This document shows positions 50,126 through 60,993 of a stretch of DNA of 64,000 nt, piece by piece. A model generated the notes under the pieces. The model was not told the origin of the DNA and searched no databases. It saw only the letters and a program-made list of their open reading frames with translations. Both the position numbers and the translations under genes were made by a program. The DNA is taken from NCBI GenBank assembly GCA_963674945.2, contig CAXXWQ010000001.1:64001-128000 (forward strand). The letters run 5' to 3'. Numbering within the stretch: the stretch's first letter is position 1; each line of letters starts with the position of its first letter. Origin of the DNA: an uncultured Desulfosarcina sp. (GTDB taxonomy: Bacteria > Desulfobacterota > Desulfobacteria > Desulfobacterales > Desulfosarcinaceae).

Positions 50126-51472
50126 ATGATACGCTACGCCAAGCAATCCTCCATCGGCACCGCACTGCAGTCCATCAAGAAATTCGGCCGTAATCGCATT
50201 CCCGGCCAGGTGGTCATCCAGACCACCAACCGCTGCAACGCCCGATGCCCCCAGTGCGGCATGCGGAAAAGTGCCGACATCCCACGCACATCCCTTGGCG
50301 ACGAAACCGTGATCCGGATTCTGGATGCCTGTGTCGAGCGCGGCGTGCAGGCGGTTTCGTTTACCGGCGGCGAGCCTCTGCTGATGTTCGCGCGCCTCAT
50401 CGAATGGATCGACTATGCCGGCAAGGTCGGGATACAATTCATCCGAACCGGCACCAACGGCTTCGTTTTCTGTAATTCAGACCGTCCCGGTTTCACGGAT
50501 CGCATCAAACGGATGGCCGAGCGTCTGGCATCCACCCCGCTCAGAAATTTCTGGATCAGCCTGGATTCTCACATCCCCGAGGTCCATGAGCAGATGAGGG
50601 GACTTTCCGGCGTCGTCCGGGGGATTGAAAAGGCGCTGCCCATTTTTCATGCGGCAGGGCTTTATCCGTCGGCCAATCTGGGGATCAATCGGCTCGTCGG
50701 GGGGGAACGGACCAGAGAGCCTCTGGCACAGTACGGCTCGCAGCGCCAGTTGTATCTGGAAGCATTTCAAGCCCGATTCGCCGAAGCGCTGGACCAGTTT
50801 TTCCGGTTCGTGAACGACCTGGGTTTTACCATCGTCAACACATGCTATCCCATGAGCATTGGCGAAGAAGAGAAAAACACAGGACTGACCGCCGTCTACT
50901 CGGCCACTGCAACAGATGATATCGTCCGGTTTGCCGACGATGAGAAAGCCATACTTTTCAAGGCACTACTGGATACCGTCCCACGCCATCGCGACCGTTT
51001 ACGAATTTTCTCTCCGTTAAGCTCGGTATATATGCTCTACCGTACTTACAGCAAAGGGCAGAAATCCGTACCTGCCTCTGGATGCCGGGGCGGCGTGGAT
51101 TTCTTCTTCATCGATGCCAACGGTGGTGACACCTACCCATGCGGTTACCGGGGAGATGAAAATCTGGGAAAATTCTGGGATCTGGACTTGAACCAACGGC
51201 GTCCAGAACAGAATTGCCTTCGATGCGATTGGGAATGCTTTCGCGATCCCTCGGAGATGTGTGCGCCATTTCTGCAGGGACTGCATGAACCCGCCAAGAT
51301 GATCCGCAAGATGACAGGCGACCCCATTTACCGGCGGCTTTGGTTGAGCGATATACGATACTACCGTTTCTGCGACTTTTTCGATGGCCGCCGCCCTGCC
51401 GGCACCAGAGAACTGCATCGTTTTTCCACCCCATCTTCATCAAAAACTATTACTTCGCTAACACCCGCCTAA
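50126..51472 (+). CDS. Radical SAM protein with C-terminal SPASM/twitch-like cysteines
   Basis: CNARCPQC, FTGGEPLL, GTNG, WISLDS, CRGG...YPCG...CLRCDWEC; ORF-track start 50051 lies inside the repeat. Confidence 0.85.
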   Translation: MIRYAKQSSIGTALQSIKKFGRNRIPGQVVIQTTNRCNARCPQCGMRKSADIPRTSLGDETVIRILDACVERGVQAVSFTGGEPLLMFARLIEWIDYAGKVGIQFIRTGTNGFVFCNSDRPGFTDRIKRMAERLASTPLRNFWISLDSHIPEVHEQMRGLSGVVRGIEKALPIFHAAGLYPSANLGINRLVGGERTREPLAQYGSQRQLYLEAFQARFAEALDQFFRFVNDLGFTIVNTCYPMSIGEEEKNTGLTAVYSATATDDIVRFADDEKAILFKALLDTVPRHRDRLRIFSPLSSVYMLYRTYSKGQKSVPASGCRGGVDFFFIDANGGDTYPCGYRGDENLGKFWDLDLNQRRPEQNCLRCDWECFRDPSEMCAPFLQGLHEPAKMIRKMTGDPIYRRLWLSDIRYYRFCDFFDGRRPAGTRELHRFSTPSSSKTITSLTPA

Positions 51473-51602
51473 TTCTTCAATAGTTATAAGTAGACCAATT
51501 TATTTTGGCCTGAAATTAGGTTTAACGATGATGCTGATCATCGTTGAGATGGTTAACACAACTCAACAAATATTTCCCAAGTCCCAAGAAGAAAAGGGGG
51601 AT

Positions 51603-54050
51603 ATGCCCATGCGGATCGATGCTCATGTGCATTCAAAATTCTCAAAAAGACCGAGTCAGTGGATATTGCAGAAAATCGGATGTCCGGAAAGCTTTACCGA
51701 ACCCCTTACGCTCTATCAGATCGCCAAGAGCCGGGGGATGAGTCATGTGACCATTTCCGACCACAACACCATCGACGGTGCTCTTTCCATTGCTCACCTT
51801 CCAGATACCTTCATCAGCGAAGAGATTACCACCTACTTCCCGGAAAGCGGCTGCAAGGTGCATGTGCTGGCCCTGAACATTGATGAGTCCCATCACCGTG
51901 AGATCCAGAAGATTCGAAACAACATCTTCGACCTGGCGGTATACCTCAAAGAGCAGAACATCCTTTCCATCGTGGCCCATCCCCTCTATGCCATCAACGA
52001 TAAACTGACGCTGGATCATTTCGAGCAGATGCTGTTGCTGTTCGAGAACTTCGAACTCAATGGTGCCCGAAATGCACGCGAAAATGAAACGTTGCGCCAT
52101 CTGATGGGGGAGTTGCGGGAAAAGGACATGGCCGCGCTTTCCGACAAGCATGGTATCGACCCATTGTATCCCGCCTGCCGGGGAAAAAGGCTGTGGGGCG
52201 GTTCCGATGATCACAGCGCATTGAACATCGCCCGCACATATACCCGAATCAGGAATGTGCGTCATCCCCAACTTCTCAGGGGAGATGCTCCATTGACCGA
52301 TATAGAAGTGGTATGCCAACCGGCGACGCCGCTTACGATGGCCCATAATCTTTACGGCATCGCCTATCAATACTATTGCAGCAAATTCGGCCTGGGTCGC
52401 TATCGGGACAAGGATGAACTGATGCGCTTTCTCGATCGCAATCTGCGTGTGGATTACAACAGGCACACGGGGTTTTTGTCCAGACTCTATCTTTTTTGGA
52501 ATTATCGCAGGGAAAAAAGGATCAAAGAGCCGGTCTCCGATTCACTCATGTCCCTGCTGCGCCACGAGACGAGCAAATTGATTCATGACGATCCCCGGTT
52601 CTTCGAAGAGACCCGAAGACCCGTAGACGATGATCACCAGGAAAAGCGTTGGTATGCCTTCGTAAACCGGGCATCCAAGCGGGTGATGGTGCATTTCGGA
52701 GACCATCTCATGGGACATCTTTCGGGGGCCAATTTCTTCAACATCTTTTCCACCATCGGATCGGCAGGCGGCCTGTATACCTTGATGGCCCCATATTTCG
52801 TGGCCTACGCACAGTTCGCCAAAGACCGTGCCTTCAGCGAGCAGGTCAGGGTGCGATTCGATCGCTCTCATGAGAATTCGGGAAGCCGGCCTTTCCGGAT
52901 GGCCCATTTCACCGACACCTATTATGAGGTCAACGGCGTGGCCAAGACCCTGCAGCAACAGGTGTACTACGCGCTGAAAAACAACATGGCCTACTCTCTG
53001 GTCACCTGTTACACGGAGGTTGAGGCCACGGACCAGCCCGGCGTACGCAATTTCAAGCCCATCGGCACCTATGAACTCCCCGAGTACCCTGAGCTGAAAA
53101 TCCATTATCCGCCCTTTCTGGAGATGCTGGCCTATTGTTACGACGAGCGGATCGACCATATCCACTCGGCCACGCCGGGGCCTGTGGGCCTTGCGGCCCT
53201 GGCCATTTCCAAAATACTGAAGCTGCCCATCAGCGGCACGTATCATACCGCCATACCCCAATATGCGCAGATTCTAACCGGAGACGATGCCATCGAAGAG
53301 CTCACCTGGAAGTATGTCCTCTGGTACTACGATCAACTGGATGCCATTTATGCCCCGTCCCAAAGTGTCAAGGATGAACTGGTGGCCAAGGGTCTCAATT
53401 GCGAAAAGATCAGACTCTATCCCCGGGGGATTGACGTGGATCTGTTTCATCCGGCCAAACGTAACGGCATTTTCCAAAGACGCTACCCACTGGGTAAAGG
53501 CATCAAACTGCTCTATGTGGGCCGTGTTTCCAAAGAGAAAAATCTGGACCTGCTCGCCGATGCGTTCAGACAGCTGGTCAAAGACGTTGAACGGGTCCAG
53601 CTGGTCGTAGTCGGCGATGGTCCCTACCTGGACCAGATGCGTGCCGAGTTGGAAGGCCTGCCGTGCTGTTTCACCGGTTATCTGAGAAATGAGAATCTGG
53701 CATCGGTGTATGCTTCTTCCGACGTGTTTGTCTTTCCCAGCACAACAGACACATTCGGCAATGTGGTGCTCGAGGCCCAGGCGTCGGGTCTGCCGGTCAT
53801 CGTCAGTGACCAGGGCGGTCCCTGCGAGAATATGATTCAAGGACAAACCGGCCTCATTTGCAGGGCCGATGACACAAAAAGCCTGCTCGATGCCATCCGG
53901 TCGATATTGTCCGACCCCGACGGCCGCCGGGCCATGGGGCAGGCCGCCCGCCAGTATGTAGAAAAACGATCCTTCGAAAACGCCTTCCTGAAAATGTGGG
54001 AGCTCTATCGGGATCCGGATGGCGACCGGCTGGTAGTCGCCCACGCATAG
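51603..54050 (+). CDS. PHP phosphoesterase - GT4 glycosyltransferase fusion
   Basis: PHP: DAHVHS, SDHN, EEIT, VHV, AHP, GSDDH; GT4: FTDTYYEVNGVA, YVGRVSKEKN, DTFGNVVLEAQASGLPV. Confidence 0.88.
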   Translation: MPMRIDAHVHSKFSKRPSQWILQKIGCPESFTEPLTLYQIAKSRGMSHVTISDHNTIDGALSIAHLPDTFISEEITTYFPESGCKVHVLALNIDESHHREIQKIRNNIFDLAVYLKEQNILSIVAHPLYAINDKLTLDHFEQMLLLFENFELNGARNARENETLRHLMGELREKDMAALSDKHGIDPLYPACRGKRLWGGSDDHSALNIARTYTRIRNVRHPQLLRGDAPLTDIEVVCQPATPLTMAHNLYGIAYQYYCSKFGLGRYRDKDELMRFLDRNLRVDYNRHTGFLSRLYLFWNYRREKRIKEPVSDSLMSLLRHETSKLIHDDPRFFEETRRPVDDDHQEKRWYAFVNRASKRVMVHFGDHLMGHLSGANFFNIFSTIGSAGGLYTLMAPYFVAYAQFAKDRAFSEQVRVRFDRSHENSGSRPFRMAHFTDTYYEVNGVAKTLQQQVYYALKNNMAYSLVTCYTEVEATDQPGVRNFKPIGTYELPEYPELKIHYPPFLEMLAYCYDERIDHIHSATPGPVGLAALAISKILKLPISGTYHTAIPQYAQILTGDDAIEELTWKYVLWYYDQLDAIYAPSQSVKDELVAKGLNCEKIRLYPRGIDVDLFHPAKRNGIFQRRYPLGKGIKLLYVGRVSKEKNLDLLADAFRQLVKDVERVQLVVVGDGPYLDQMRAELEGLPCCFTGYLRNENLASVYASSDVFVFPSTTDTFGNVVLEAQASGLPVIVSDQGGPCENMIQGQTGLICRADDTKSLLDAIRSILSDPDGRRAMGQAARQYVEKRSFENAFLKMWELYRDPDGDRLVVAHA

Positions 54051-54117
54051 GAACGTCACATGAGACGATGGGTCGTTATCATGCCGTATAATCATTTATC
54101 ATCATGATGGAAATTCC

Positions 54118-55986
54118 ATGGAAAACAGATCTTCGCCGTCTACTCTCGCCAATGACAGATTAATCCAGCTGGACAGACAATTCCATCATCCGATTTCCCG
54201 CCACATGGCGGCCTGGGGGACTCGCCGTGTGGAACGATTGCTGTCTGTGGATAAGATAAATGAAATTTATGCAATGCTAATGCGCACGCCCGGGGCGGAA
54301 CGACCCTTCGGTGCCATCTTGCAGCTGCTGGAGATAATGTATGGTGTGACGGATTCGGAAATGGCGAGAATTCCGGTCCAGGGACCGCTGGTGGTGGTTG
54401 CCAATCATCCTTTCGGAGGAATCGAGGGAATCATTCTCGGAGATCTGTTGCGCCGGGTCCGGCCGGATGTCAAGATCATGGGAAACTACCTGCTGAAAAA
54501 AATTGCTCCCATCCGCGATGCCATCATTCCCGTCGATCCCTTCGGCCACAAGTCGTCGATTGCGGGAAATGCAAAGACATTCAGGCAATGCCTGCGATGG
54601 TTGAAAGAGGGACGGTGTTTGATCGTTTTTCCCGCCGGCGAGGTCGCCCATTACTGTTTCCGGCATCATGCGGTGACCGATCCTCCATGGAGTCGCCATG
54701 TGGGCGCATTGGTCCGCCTGAGCCGCGCCCAGGTGCTGCCCGTCTATTTCCCCGGAAGAAACAGCATACTGTTTACCCTCATGGGATTGATTCATTCCCG
54801 GTTGCGCACCGTCATGCTTGCGCGGGAATTGATATCAAAGAGAAAGACATCCATCCGTTTGTCTATCGGCCGTTGTATCACCAGCAGGCGGATGCAGACC
54901 GTTGATGATGATACGGAGTTGATTCATCGGCTCCGGCTCAAGACTTACCTGCTTTCCGATGCCGCAGATACAAAGGGTGTTTTTCCCGCAGCAAAAAAAA
55001 CGAGCGGGCGATACCAAAAAGACAAACGTCTCGCACAACAACCATTGGTTTTTTCGGTACCCACCGGCCGATTGGCGGAAGAGATCGATGCCCTGCCGGA
55101 AAACCAAATGCTCGTTGCCCACAAGAAATGGGCCGTGTATGTCGCAGACAGCCGTCAGATTCCCCATCTTTTGCGCGAGATCGGCAGGCTCCGGGAAAAA
55201 ACGTTCCGGGAAGTTGGCGAAGGAACCGGTAAATCCATGGACCTGGACCTGTTCGATCGCTTCTATCGGCAACTGATCTTGTGGAACCGGGAGACCCGTG
55301 AAGTAGTCGGTGGGTATCGAATGGGAGACACACGTGCCATTTTGCAGCGGTTCGGGCGAAAGGGACTGTATACCCACTCGCTGTTTCACCTCAAGACCGG
55401 TTTGTTGCGCCATCTGGGAGAAGCTTTGGAACTGGGCCGCTCCTACATCCGATCCGAATACCAGCGACAGCCCAATTGTCTTGCCCTGCTATGGAAAGGA
55501 ATCGGCGCTTACGTGGTACAAAATCCCCGATATCGCATCCTGTTCGGCCCGGTGAGCATCAGCAACAGCTACCACCGCGTTTCCAAGCAGATCATGGTGC
55601 AATTTTTAGAACGGCACTGTTCGACCAGGGAACTGGCCGCCTATGTGAGACCACGATGCCCGCTGGGTACGTGCTCCGATCCGCTGCTTCTGGAACTGGT
55701 CGACCGAATGTCCGAAGATTCCATCGACGATGTGTCCATGCTGGTTTCCGAGATCGAGGATGATGGAAAACGGGTGCCCGTGCTCATCAAGCACTACCTG
55801 AAGCTCAACGGCCGCTTTATCGCCTTCAATGTGGATCGAAACTTTTGTGACGCCATCGACGGGCTGGTCGTGGTGGACATGATGCAGACCGAGAAGAAAC
55901 TGCTCGAGCGGTTCATGGGAAAAGAGCAGTGCAGGCGTTACCGTGGGCAGTGGTCCTCAGAACGGATCGGAACCGGTTTGCGATAA
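54118..55986 (+). CDS. PlsC-type acyltransferase plus GNAT N-acyltransferase (OlsF-like ornithine lipid synthase)
   Basis: VANHPFGGIEG, FPAGEV; EIGRLREKTFREVGEGTG, VGGYRMG, LELGRSYI...YQR. Confidence 0.8.
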   Translation: MENRSSPSTLANDRLIQLDRQFHHPISRHMAAWGTRRVERLLSVDKINEIYAMLMRTPGAERPFGAILQLLEIMYGVTDSEMARIPVQGPLVVVANHPFGGIEGIILGDLLRRVRPDVKIMGNYLLKKIAPIRDAIIPVDPFGHKSSIAGNAKTFRQCLRWLKEGRCLIVFPAGEVAHYCFRHHAVTDPPWSRHVGALVRLSRAQVLPVYFPGRNSILFTLMGLIHSRLRTVMLARELISKRKTSIRLSIGRCITSRRMQTVDDDTELIHRLRLKTYLLSDAADTKGVFPAAKKTSGRYQKDKRLAQQPLVFSVPTGRLAEEIDALPENQMLVAHKKWAVYVADSRQIPHLLREIGRLREKTFREVGEGTGKSMDLDLFDRFYRQLILWNRETREVVGGYRMGDTRAILQRFGRKGLYTHSLFHLKTGLLRHLGEALELGRSYIRSEYQRQPNCLALLWKGIGAYVVQNPRYRILFGPVSISNSYHRVSKQIMVQFLERHCSTRELAAYVRPRCPLGTCSDPLLLELVDRMSEDSIDDVSMLVSEIEDDGKRVPVLIKHYLKLNGRFIAFNVDRNFCDAIDGLVVVDMMQTEKKLLERFMGKEQCRRYRGQWSSERIGTGLR

Positions 55987-56400
55987 TCGCGGACTGTCCA
56001 TAAAACCGCAAAATATCCGGCAACGGCCAAAGGTATCCCCGGAACCAACGCGCCGATAAACGGATCCGCCAGGATGCGGGGCGATTGTTTTCTTGTCGCT
56101 GACATCGCCCATTGGTCGAAAATCCCAGACCAGCCAGCACCTAAAAAATTCCCACCGATTTTACTCCCACCCACGAATTGATCCGGTATATCAACTTTGC
56201 CGTTATCAATTGGAGATGTTGACCGTTGCGATGACCGCAATTTCCCCGGATCCCAAAAATCTCGCCGGTATCGCCCTGACGACTTCCCGGGTTGTATCTT
56301 CCCAAATCCGGAGCAACAGTAATCGAGTGAAAGGAGAAGGCATCTGAAGAAGTATTGTCCGAGAGGAAACGCTCCGGCGCCGCCAGGCTGGGACGGATTC
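55938..56400 (-). pseudogene. Possible degraded DUF2062-like membrane protein gene
   Basis: Fragments in two frames: RLLLLRIWEDTTREVV and PFIGALVPGIPLAVAGYFAVLWTVRDYRK. Confidence 0.3.
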
Positions 56401-56584
56401 GTGTCGTGTTATGCGTTGACGGGAAATTGGCAAAAAATGAACTTTCGGCTCAACTTATTGGATATTCAACCGATAATCGAATTCAAACAGTGTTTTTTCT
56501 GAACCAATGTATTCTACCGAAGGCACCGGAAAGGCCATTATTAAAGGATTTTTTATTATAGTCATGGATAACATCTTTTAATTA

Positions 56585-56614
56585 TTGACAGAATTAATCG
56601 ATTAAGTTTATTCT
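56585..56614 (+). promoter_or_regulatory. Candidate sigma70 promoter for the IHF/HU genes
   Basis: TTGACA-N18-TATTCT. Confidence 0.55.
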
Positions 56615-56672
56615 TTCTTAAAATTACCGTCCTGACGACCCAATATACAAGATTACCGGGAGCGCCGAACAC

Positions 56673-56948
56673 ATGAACAAGCTCGAACTGATACAGGCAC
56701 TGAAAGAAACCAATGGCCTATCCAGATCAGAAGCGGAAGATGTCGTGAACCTGTTTTTCAATACAATATCAGATGCACTGGCCAAAGGAGATCGCGTCGA
56801 AATACGGGGCCTCTGTTCTATTTTCGTGAAGGAGTACGGGGCCTATACGGGACGCAATCCCAAAACGGGTGAGAAAGTGAAGATCAGACCGAAAAAACTT
56901 CCCTTTTTCAAGGCGGGCAAGGAACTGAAAGAAAGAGTCGACCGTTGA
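56673..56948 (+). CDS. Integration host factor beta-like protein
   Basis: GDRVEIRG, GRNPKTGE, PFFKAGKELKERV. Confidence 0.9.
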   Translation: MNKLELIQALKETNGLSRSEAEDVVNLFFNTISDALAKGDRVEIRGLCSIFVKEYGAYTGRNPKTGEKVKIRPKKLPFFKAGKELKERVDR

Positions 56949-57046
56949 AATTCGCCATGCTTTGTTTCGTACATCAGTGTTTCCGCCTCTGACAAGAGGC
57001 CATTCGAATAGTTGTCAACACCAACACAAATCAAGAAGGAGGCCAC

Positions 57047-57310
57047 ATGACCAAAGCTGAACTCATCGAGAAGATCGCAAAGGATGCCGACATCCCGAAA
57101 ACCACCGCAAAAGCAGCATTCGATTCTGCTCTCGATGGCATCAAGACAGGACTCAAGAAGAGGAATAGCAAGGTTACATTGGTCGGATTTGGAACCTTTC
57201 GAAACATTTATCGGAAAACCCGTATGGGCCACAATCCCCAGACTGGTGAGAAAATCAAAATCAAAGGTCGAAGCGTGGTGACGTTCAAGCCAAGCAAAAA
57301 CATTCCCTAG
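57047..57310 (+). CDS. HU-family DNA-binding protein, short C-terminus
   Basis: MTKAELI, VTLVGFGTF, GHNPQTGEKIKI; ends FKPSKNIP. Confidence 0.88.
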   Translation: MTKAELIEKIAKDADIPKTTAKAAFDSALDGIKTGLKKRNSKVTLVGFGTFRNIYRKTRMGHNPQTGEKIKIKGRSVVTFKPSKNIP

Positions 57311-57320
57311 TTTTTGATAT

Positions 57321-57368
57321 TTTGCCATTCAGAGTGATCCATGATCGTGGACCACTCTGAATGGCAAA
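57321..57368. terminator. Long hairpin between convergent units (possible bidirectional terminator)
   Basis: tttgccattcagagtg / cactctgaatggcaaa, 16-bp perfect stem. Confidence 0.7.
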
Positions 57369-57419
57369 CGCTTCAGGAATCTCGGAATCCGAAGCAGTCC
57401 CGTCGGTATTGATTTAAGA

Positions 57420-57804
57420 GATTGCTCTTCCCGCCTTCTTTTTTCATTTTGAGATAGCTTGCCCGGCTGTTTTCTTGCAGCTCCCCCGTCCGGTTACCGC
57501 CCGCAGCTCCCGGCTGGTCGTCATGTGCATTCCTTTCCCCATACTGCGATTGTAGGGCCTTGCCGCAAAGACGATTCACCAGGGTGGATTTGCCGGCATC
57601 GGAAGATCCGATCATGGTGATCGTCTCACCTGTTGACAGATATTCTTCCAGCGGGATCAACGTTATGGGATCCGGCCCAGAGACAAGGTGTACCGGGACG
57701 CCGAAGGCAACGGTTTCCAGCTGTGCCGAAAAATGGGATGTCCACCCCATCTGAAAAAGGTGCTGGTTGTTGCCGGTATATATCCTGTCATTATCTTGTT
57801 TGCG
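57420..57804 (-). pseudogene. rsgA: RsgA-family GTPase remnant
   Basis: ANKI, PVHLVS, GSSDAGKSTLVNRL, frameshifted GKGMHMTTSREL, RASYLKMKKE. Confidence 0.7.
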
Positions 57805-58695
57805 CTAAACAGTGGGACTCTCATCGCTGAGTGCTTCGAAACCGGAAACAATATCCAAGAGCTCGGCGGTGATGGCGGCCTGGCGTTGTTCCCGGAATTG
57901 GCCCGTAAGTTCGTCGAGGGTTTCCAGGATGTTTTTCTCGGCGGCCTGCATGGCCATGAGACGGGCTGCGTTCTCGCTGGCCAGGGACTGGGTGAACGCC
58001 CGGTAAAGGGAGATAAACAGATATTGCCGGAAGAGATGGGCAAACATCGTTTCCCGTGAGGCGCTCAACATGGGAAGGCAGCGTCCCGGCCAGGTTGCGC
58101 GCCTGTGTGCATCGGCCCAGGCTTCATCGAGTGGCAGAACCCGCTGGAACACCGGCGCGTATCCTCCCTGTGTGCCCAGCAGGTGGTGGCAGATGAAGAA
58201 GGCACCCATCTGTCTGGCCGACCACCACTTCTCGATTGCCAGGACCAATTCGTGAATTTTCCCCTTGATTGCATTCAGGCTTCCCGGGGTCGCGAAGTGG
58301 GCGTCATGGGCAGCTCCCGCATCTTCCAATATGCCGCGCACTTTTTCCCCCACACTCCAGTATCGCCACTTCCGTCCCTCGGTCGACGTTGTCTTTGCCA
58401 TCTGTGCGAGAGCAAATGGCCAGAGGGATTCATTGAACTGGCCGCACATGCCTTGATCGGATCCCACCACCATACAGACGTTCACATCGTTTCGGGGCCG
58501 CTGAAGCATGGGGCCCCCCATCCTGAGAAATACGGTCCAGCCCATGTCCACCACACGGCGGTATTGTTCCAGAGACGCCACCGCCCGCTCGAACTGACGG
58601 ATATTGACGGCGGCCAGGCTCTTCATGGTCTTGACCACGCTGAGCAGGTCATGGGCGGTCCGGATCCTGCGGCTCAATGTCTCCAGCGTCGGCAT
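57805..58695 (-). CDS. atpG: N-ATPase gamma subunit
   Basis: [40 protein letters not shown]. Confidence 0.93.
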   Translation of the reverse strand: MPTLETLSRRIRTAHDLLSVVKTMKSLAAVNIRQFERAVASLEQYRRVVDMGWTVFLRMGGPMLQRPRNDVNVCMVVGSDQGMCGQFNESLWPFALAQMAKTTSTEGRKWRYWSVGEKVRGILEDAGAAHDAHFATPGSLNAIKGKIHELVLAIEKWWSARQMGAFFICHHLLGTQGGYAPVFQRVLPLDEAWADAHRRATWPGRCLPMLSASRETMFAHLFRQYLFISLYRAFTQSLASENAARLMAMQAAEKNILETLDELTGQFREQRQAAITAELLDIVSGFEALSDESPTV

Positions 58696-60238
58696 GCGCC
58701 TCCTTGAACGGGCCGATGGCCGTTGTGATGAGTTGTGTCAACCGGTCCCACACCGGATCATCGTCGCCGGCTCCGGCCAGTGTGTTTTCGATGTCGGGGA
58801 TGTCGGTCGCCACCGCCTCGAGAATGGTCCGCTCGGCTTCTTCCATCCGTTCTTCGGGAAGGTCGTCCAGCAGCCCTCGCGAGACGGCGAACAGAATCGC
58901 GATCTGTTCACCGGCCGGCATGGTGAGCAGTTCCTGCTGCCTGAGCACCGCCCTTACCCGGCGGCCGTGCTCCAGGATTCGACGTGTGCGGTCATCCAGC
59001 CGGGTGCCGAAACGGGCAAAGGACTCCAACTCCTGAAACTGGGTGTAGGATAGGCGCAGGGCACCGGCAACCTGGCGATAGGCGGGCAACTGCGCCTTGC
59101 CGCCCACCCTGGAGACCGACTTGCCAACATCCACGGCCGGCAGGACCCCTTTCTGGAAGAGTTCCGGAGAGAGGTAGATCTGGCCGTCGGTAATGGAGAT
59201 CAGGTTGGTGGGAATGTAGGCGGAGATGTTCTGGGCTTCGGTTTCGGCAATGGGCAGCGCCGTGAGCGAGCCGCCGCCCAGTTCTTCCCGCAGATGGGTG
59301 GCGCGCTCCAGCAGCCGGGAGTGCACGTAGAAGATGTCGCCGGGAAAGGCCTCGCGTCCCGGAGGGCGCCGGAGCAGCAGGCTCAGCTGGCGGTAGGCCA
59401 CGGCGTGGCGGGTAAGATCGTCGTAAACGATGAGCACATCGCGTCCCGTTTCCATGAAATGCTCTCCGAGGGCGGTCGCCGCGTAGGGAGCGATATACTG
59501 AAGGCCGGGCGGGGCGTCGGCGTCCACCACGACCACGACGCTGTACTCCATGGCCCCGTTTCGCACCAGTGCATCCACGACTCTTGCCGTTCCCGCACTT
59601 CGCTGGCCGATGGCGCAGTAGATACACAGGACATCCTTGCCTTTCTGATTCACCATGGCATCCAGGGCCACCGCGGTCTTTCCCGTCTGTCGATCTCCCA
59701 GGATCAATTCCCGCTGGCCCCGGCCGATGGGGATCAGGGCGTCCACCACCTTGAGGCCGGTCTGGAGCGGACGCACCACCGGTGCCCGGTCCATGATTCG
59801 GGGGGCTTCGTGAAGCACGGTCCGATAGTCCTCCGCATCGAGACTGCCCCGTCCGTCGAGGGGGCGGCCCAAAGGGTCCACCATCCGACCGACCAGGCCG
59901 TCTCCCACGGGAATATCCAGCACGCGGCCGCTTCGGCGCACCTCGTCTCCGGCGCACACCGATTCGCTGGGACCGAAGAGGACGACCCCCACCCGGTCGG
60001 GCAGGATATCCAGCACCATTCCGGCGACATCGGTTCCCACCTTCACCTGCTCCTCGAACTGCACCTGCCCCAGGCCGTCGACCCAGGCGATTCCCTGACC
60101 CACCGACTGGACGTGGCCCACTTCCTGTGTCTTCAGTTTGGGTGAGAAGTGTTCCACCCCCTGTTCCACGGCACGGTCAACATCGGCCAGTACGTCGTTC
60201 AGCCCGCTCGCCTCCAGGTTGTGATGTTCCCGGTTCAT
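58649..60238 (-). CDS. atpA: N-ATPase alpha subunit
   Basis: [42 protein letters not shown]. Confidence 0.96.
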   Translation of the reverse strand: MNREHHNLEASGLNDVLADVDRAVEQGVEHFSPKLKTQEVGHVQSVGQGIAWVDGLGQVQFEEQVKVGTDVAGMVLDILPDRVGVVLFGPSESVCAGDEVRRSGRVLDIPVGDGLVGRMVDPLGRPLDGRGSLDAEDYRTVLHEAPRIMDRAPVVRPLQTGLKVVDALIPIGRGQRELILGDRQTGKTAVALDAMVNQKGKDVLCIYCAIGQRSAGTARVVDALVRNGAMEYSVVVVVDADAPPGLQYIAPYAATALGEHFMETGRDVLIVYDDLTRHAVAYRQLSLLLRRPPGREAFPGDIFYVHSRLLERATHLREELGGGSLTALPIAETEAQNISAYIPTNLISITDGQIYLSPELFQKGVLPAVDVGKSVSRVGGKAQLPAYRQVAGALRLSYTQFQELESFARFGTRLDDRTRRILEHGRRVRAVLRQQELLTMPAGEQIAILFAVSRGLLDDLPEERMEEAERTILEAVATDIPDIENTLAGAGDDDPVWDRLTQLITTAIGPFKEAHADAGDIEPQDPDRP

Positions 60239-60990
60239 GAATTCACCCGCGCGTTGTCAAAGAGAGTTTCCATGATTTCGGCTTCCAGATCCTCAAGATA
60301 GTCGGCCAGGTGCCAGGCTGCCGTGCGGTCACCCACCACCAGTTGAATTCCTATCCCCAGTTCCGGGTGTGCTTCCAGCCGGATCGGGGCGGCCGTCGGG
60401 AACCATTTGGAAAGATGTTCCCGCAGCATGCGGTCATCCTCATCGTCCAGGGCAATTCCCGACTGAACGACGATCTCCCGGCTGGCGGCCTGGTGGCGCA
60501 GCGCATCTTTTTGGTCGGCCACTTTTTCCAGAAAGACACGGAGCACCTGCCGGTTCAGCCCCTGATCCGAAAGATCACGGAGGGTCTTCTCGCCGATGCG
60601 CATTACCTGTTGCGCCACCTGCCGCTTGAGCCGGTCGAGAAAAATCTGCCGGTCCCGGGACATGCTGGCCATCCAGGCTTTGCGAAGCGATTCCACCTCA
60701 TCCCGGGCCACTTCCATGGCGGTTTCACGCCATCGCGTCACCTCATCCCGGGCCTCGGCCATGAGTCCTTCCCGGGCCTGGGCAAGTGTGGCTTTTTCCC
60801 TTTCCAATGCGAGGGCACTGGTCTGCGCCTCCTGCTCGGCCTGCCGGGCCCGGCCCAGGGCTTCGGCCATTTTCTTCTCCCGCTTTTCCATGGCACCGCG
60901 GATCGGCTTGAAGAGAAAGCGGTTCAGCAGCCAGATCAGGATGAGAAAATTGATGATCTGCGCTACGACCGTGAACCAGTCGATCAGCAC
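60235..60990 (-). CDS. atpF: N-ATPase b subunit with delta-like extension
   Basis: [18 protein letters not shown]...RFLFKPI; 251 aa. Confidence 0.92.
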   Translation of the reverse strand: MLIDWFTVVAQIINFLILIWLLNRFLFKPIRGAMEKREKKMAEALGRARQAEQEAQTSALALEREKATLAQAREGLMAEARDEVTRWRETAMEVARDEVESLRKAWMASMSRDRQIFLDRLKRQVAQQVMRIGEKTLRDLSDQGLNRQVLRVFLEKVADQKDALRHQAASREIVVQSGIALDDEDDRMLREHLSKWFPTAAPIRLEAHPELGIGIQLVVGDRTAAWHLADYLEDLEAEIMETLFDNARVNS

Positions 60991-60993
60991 GGG

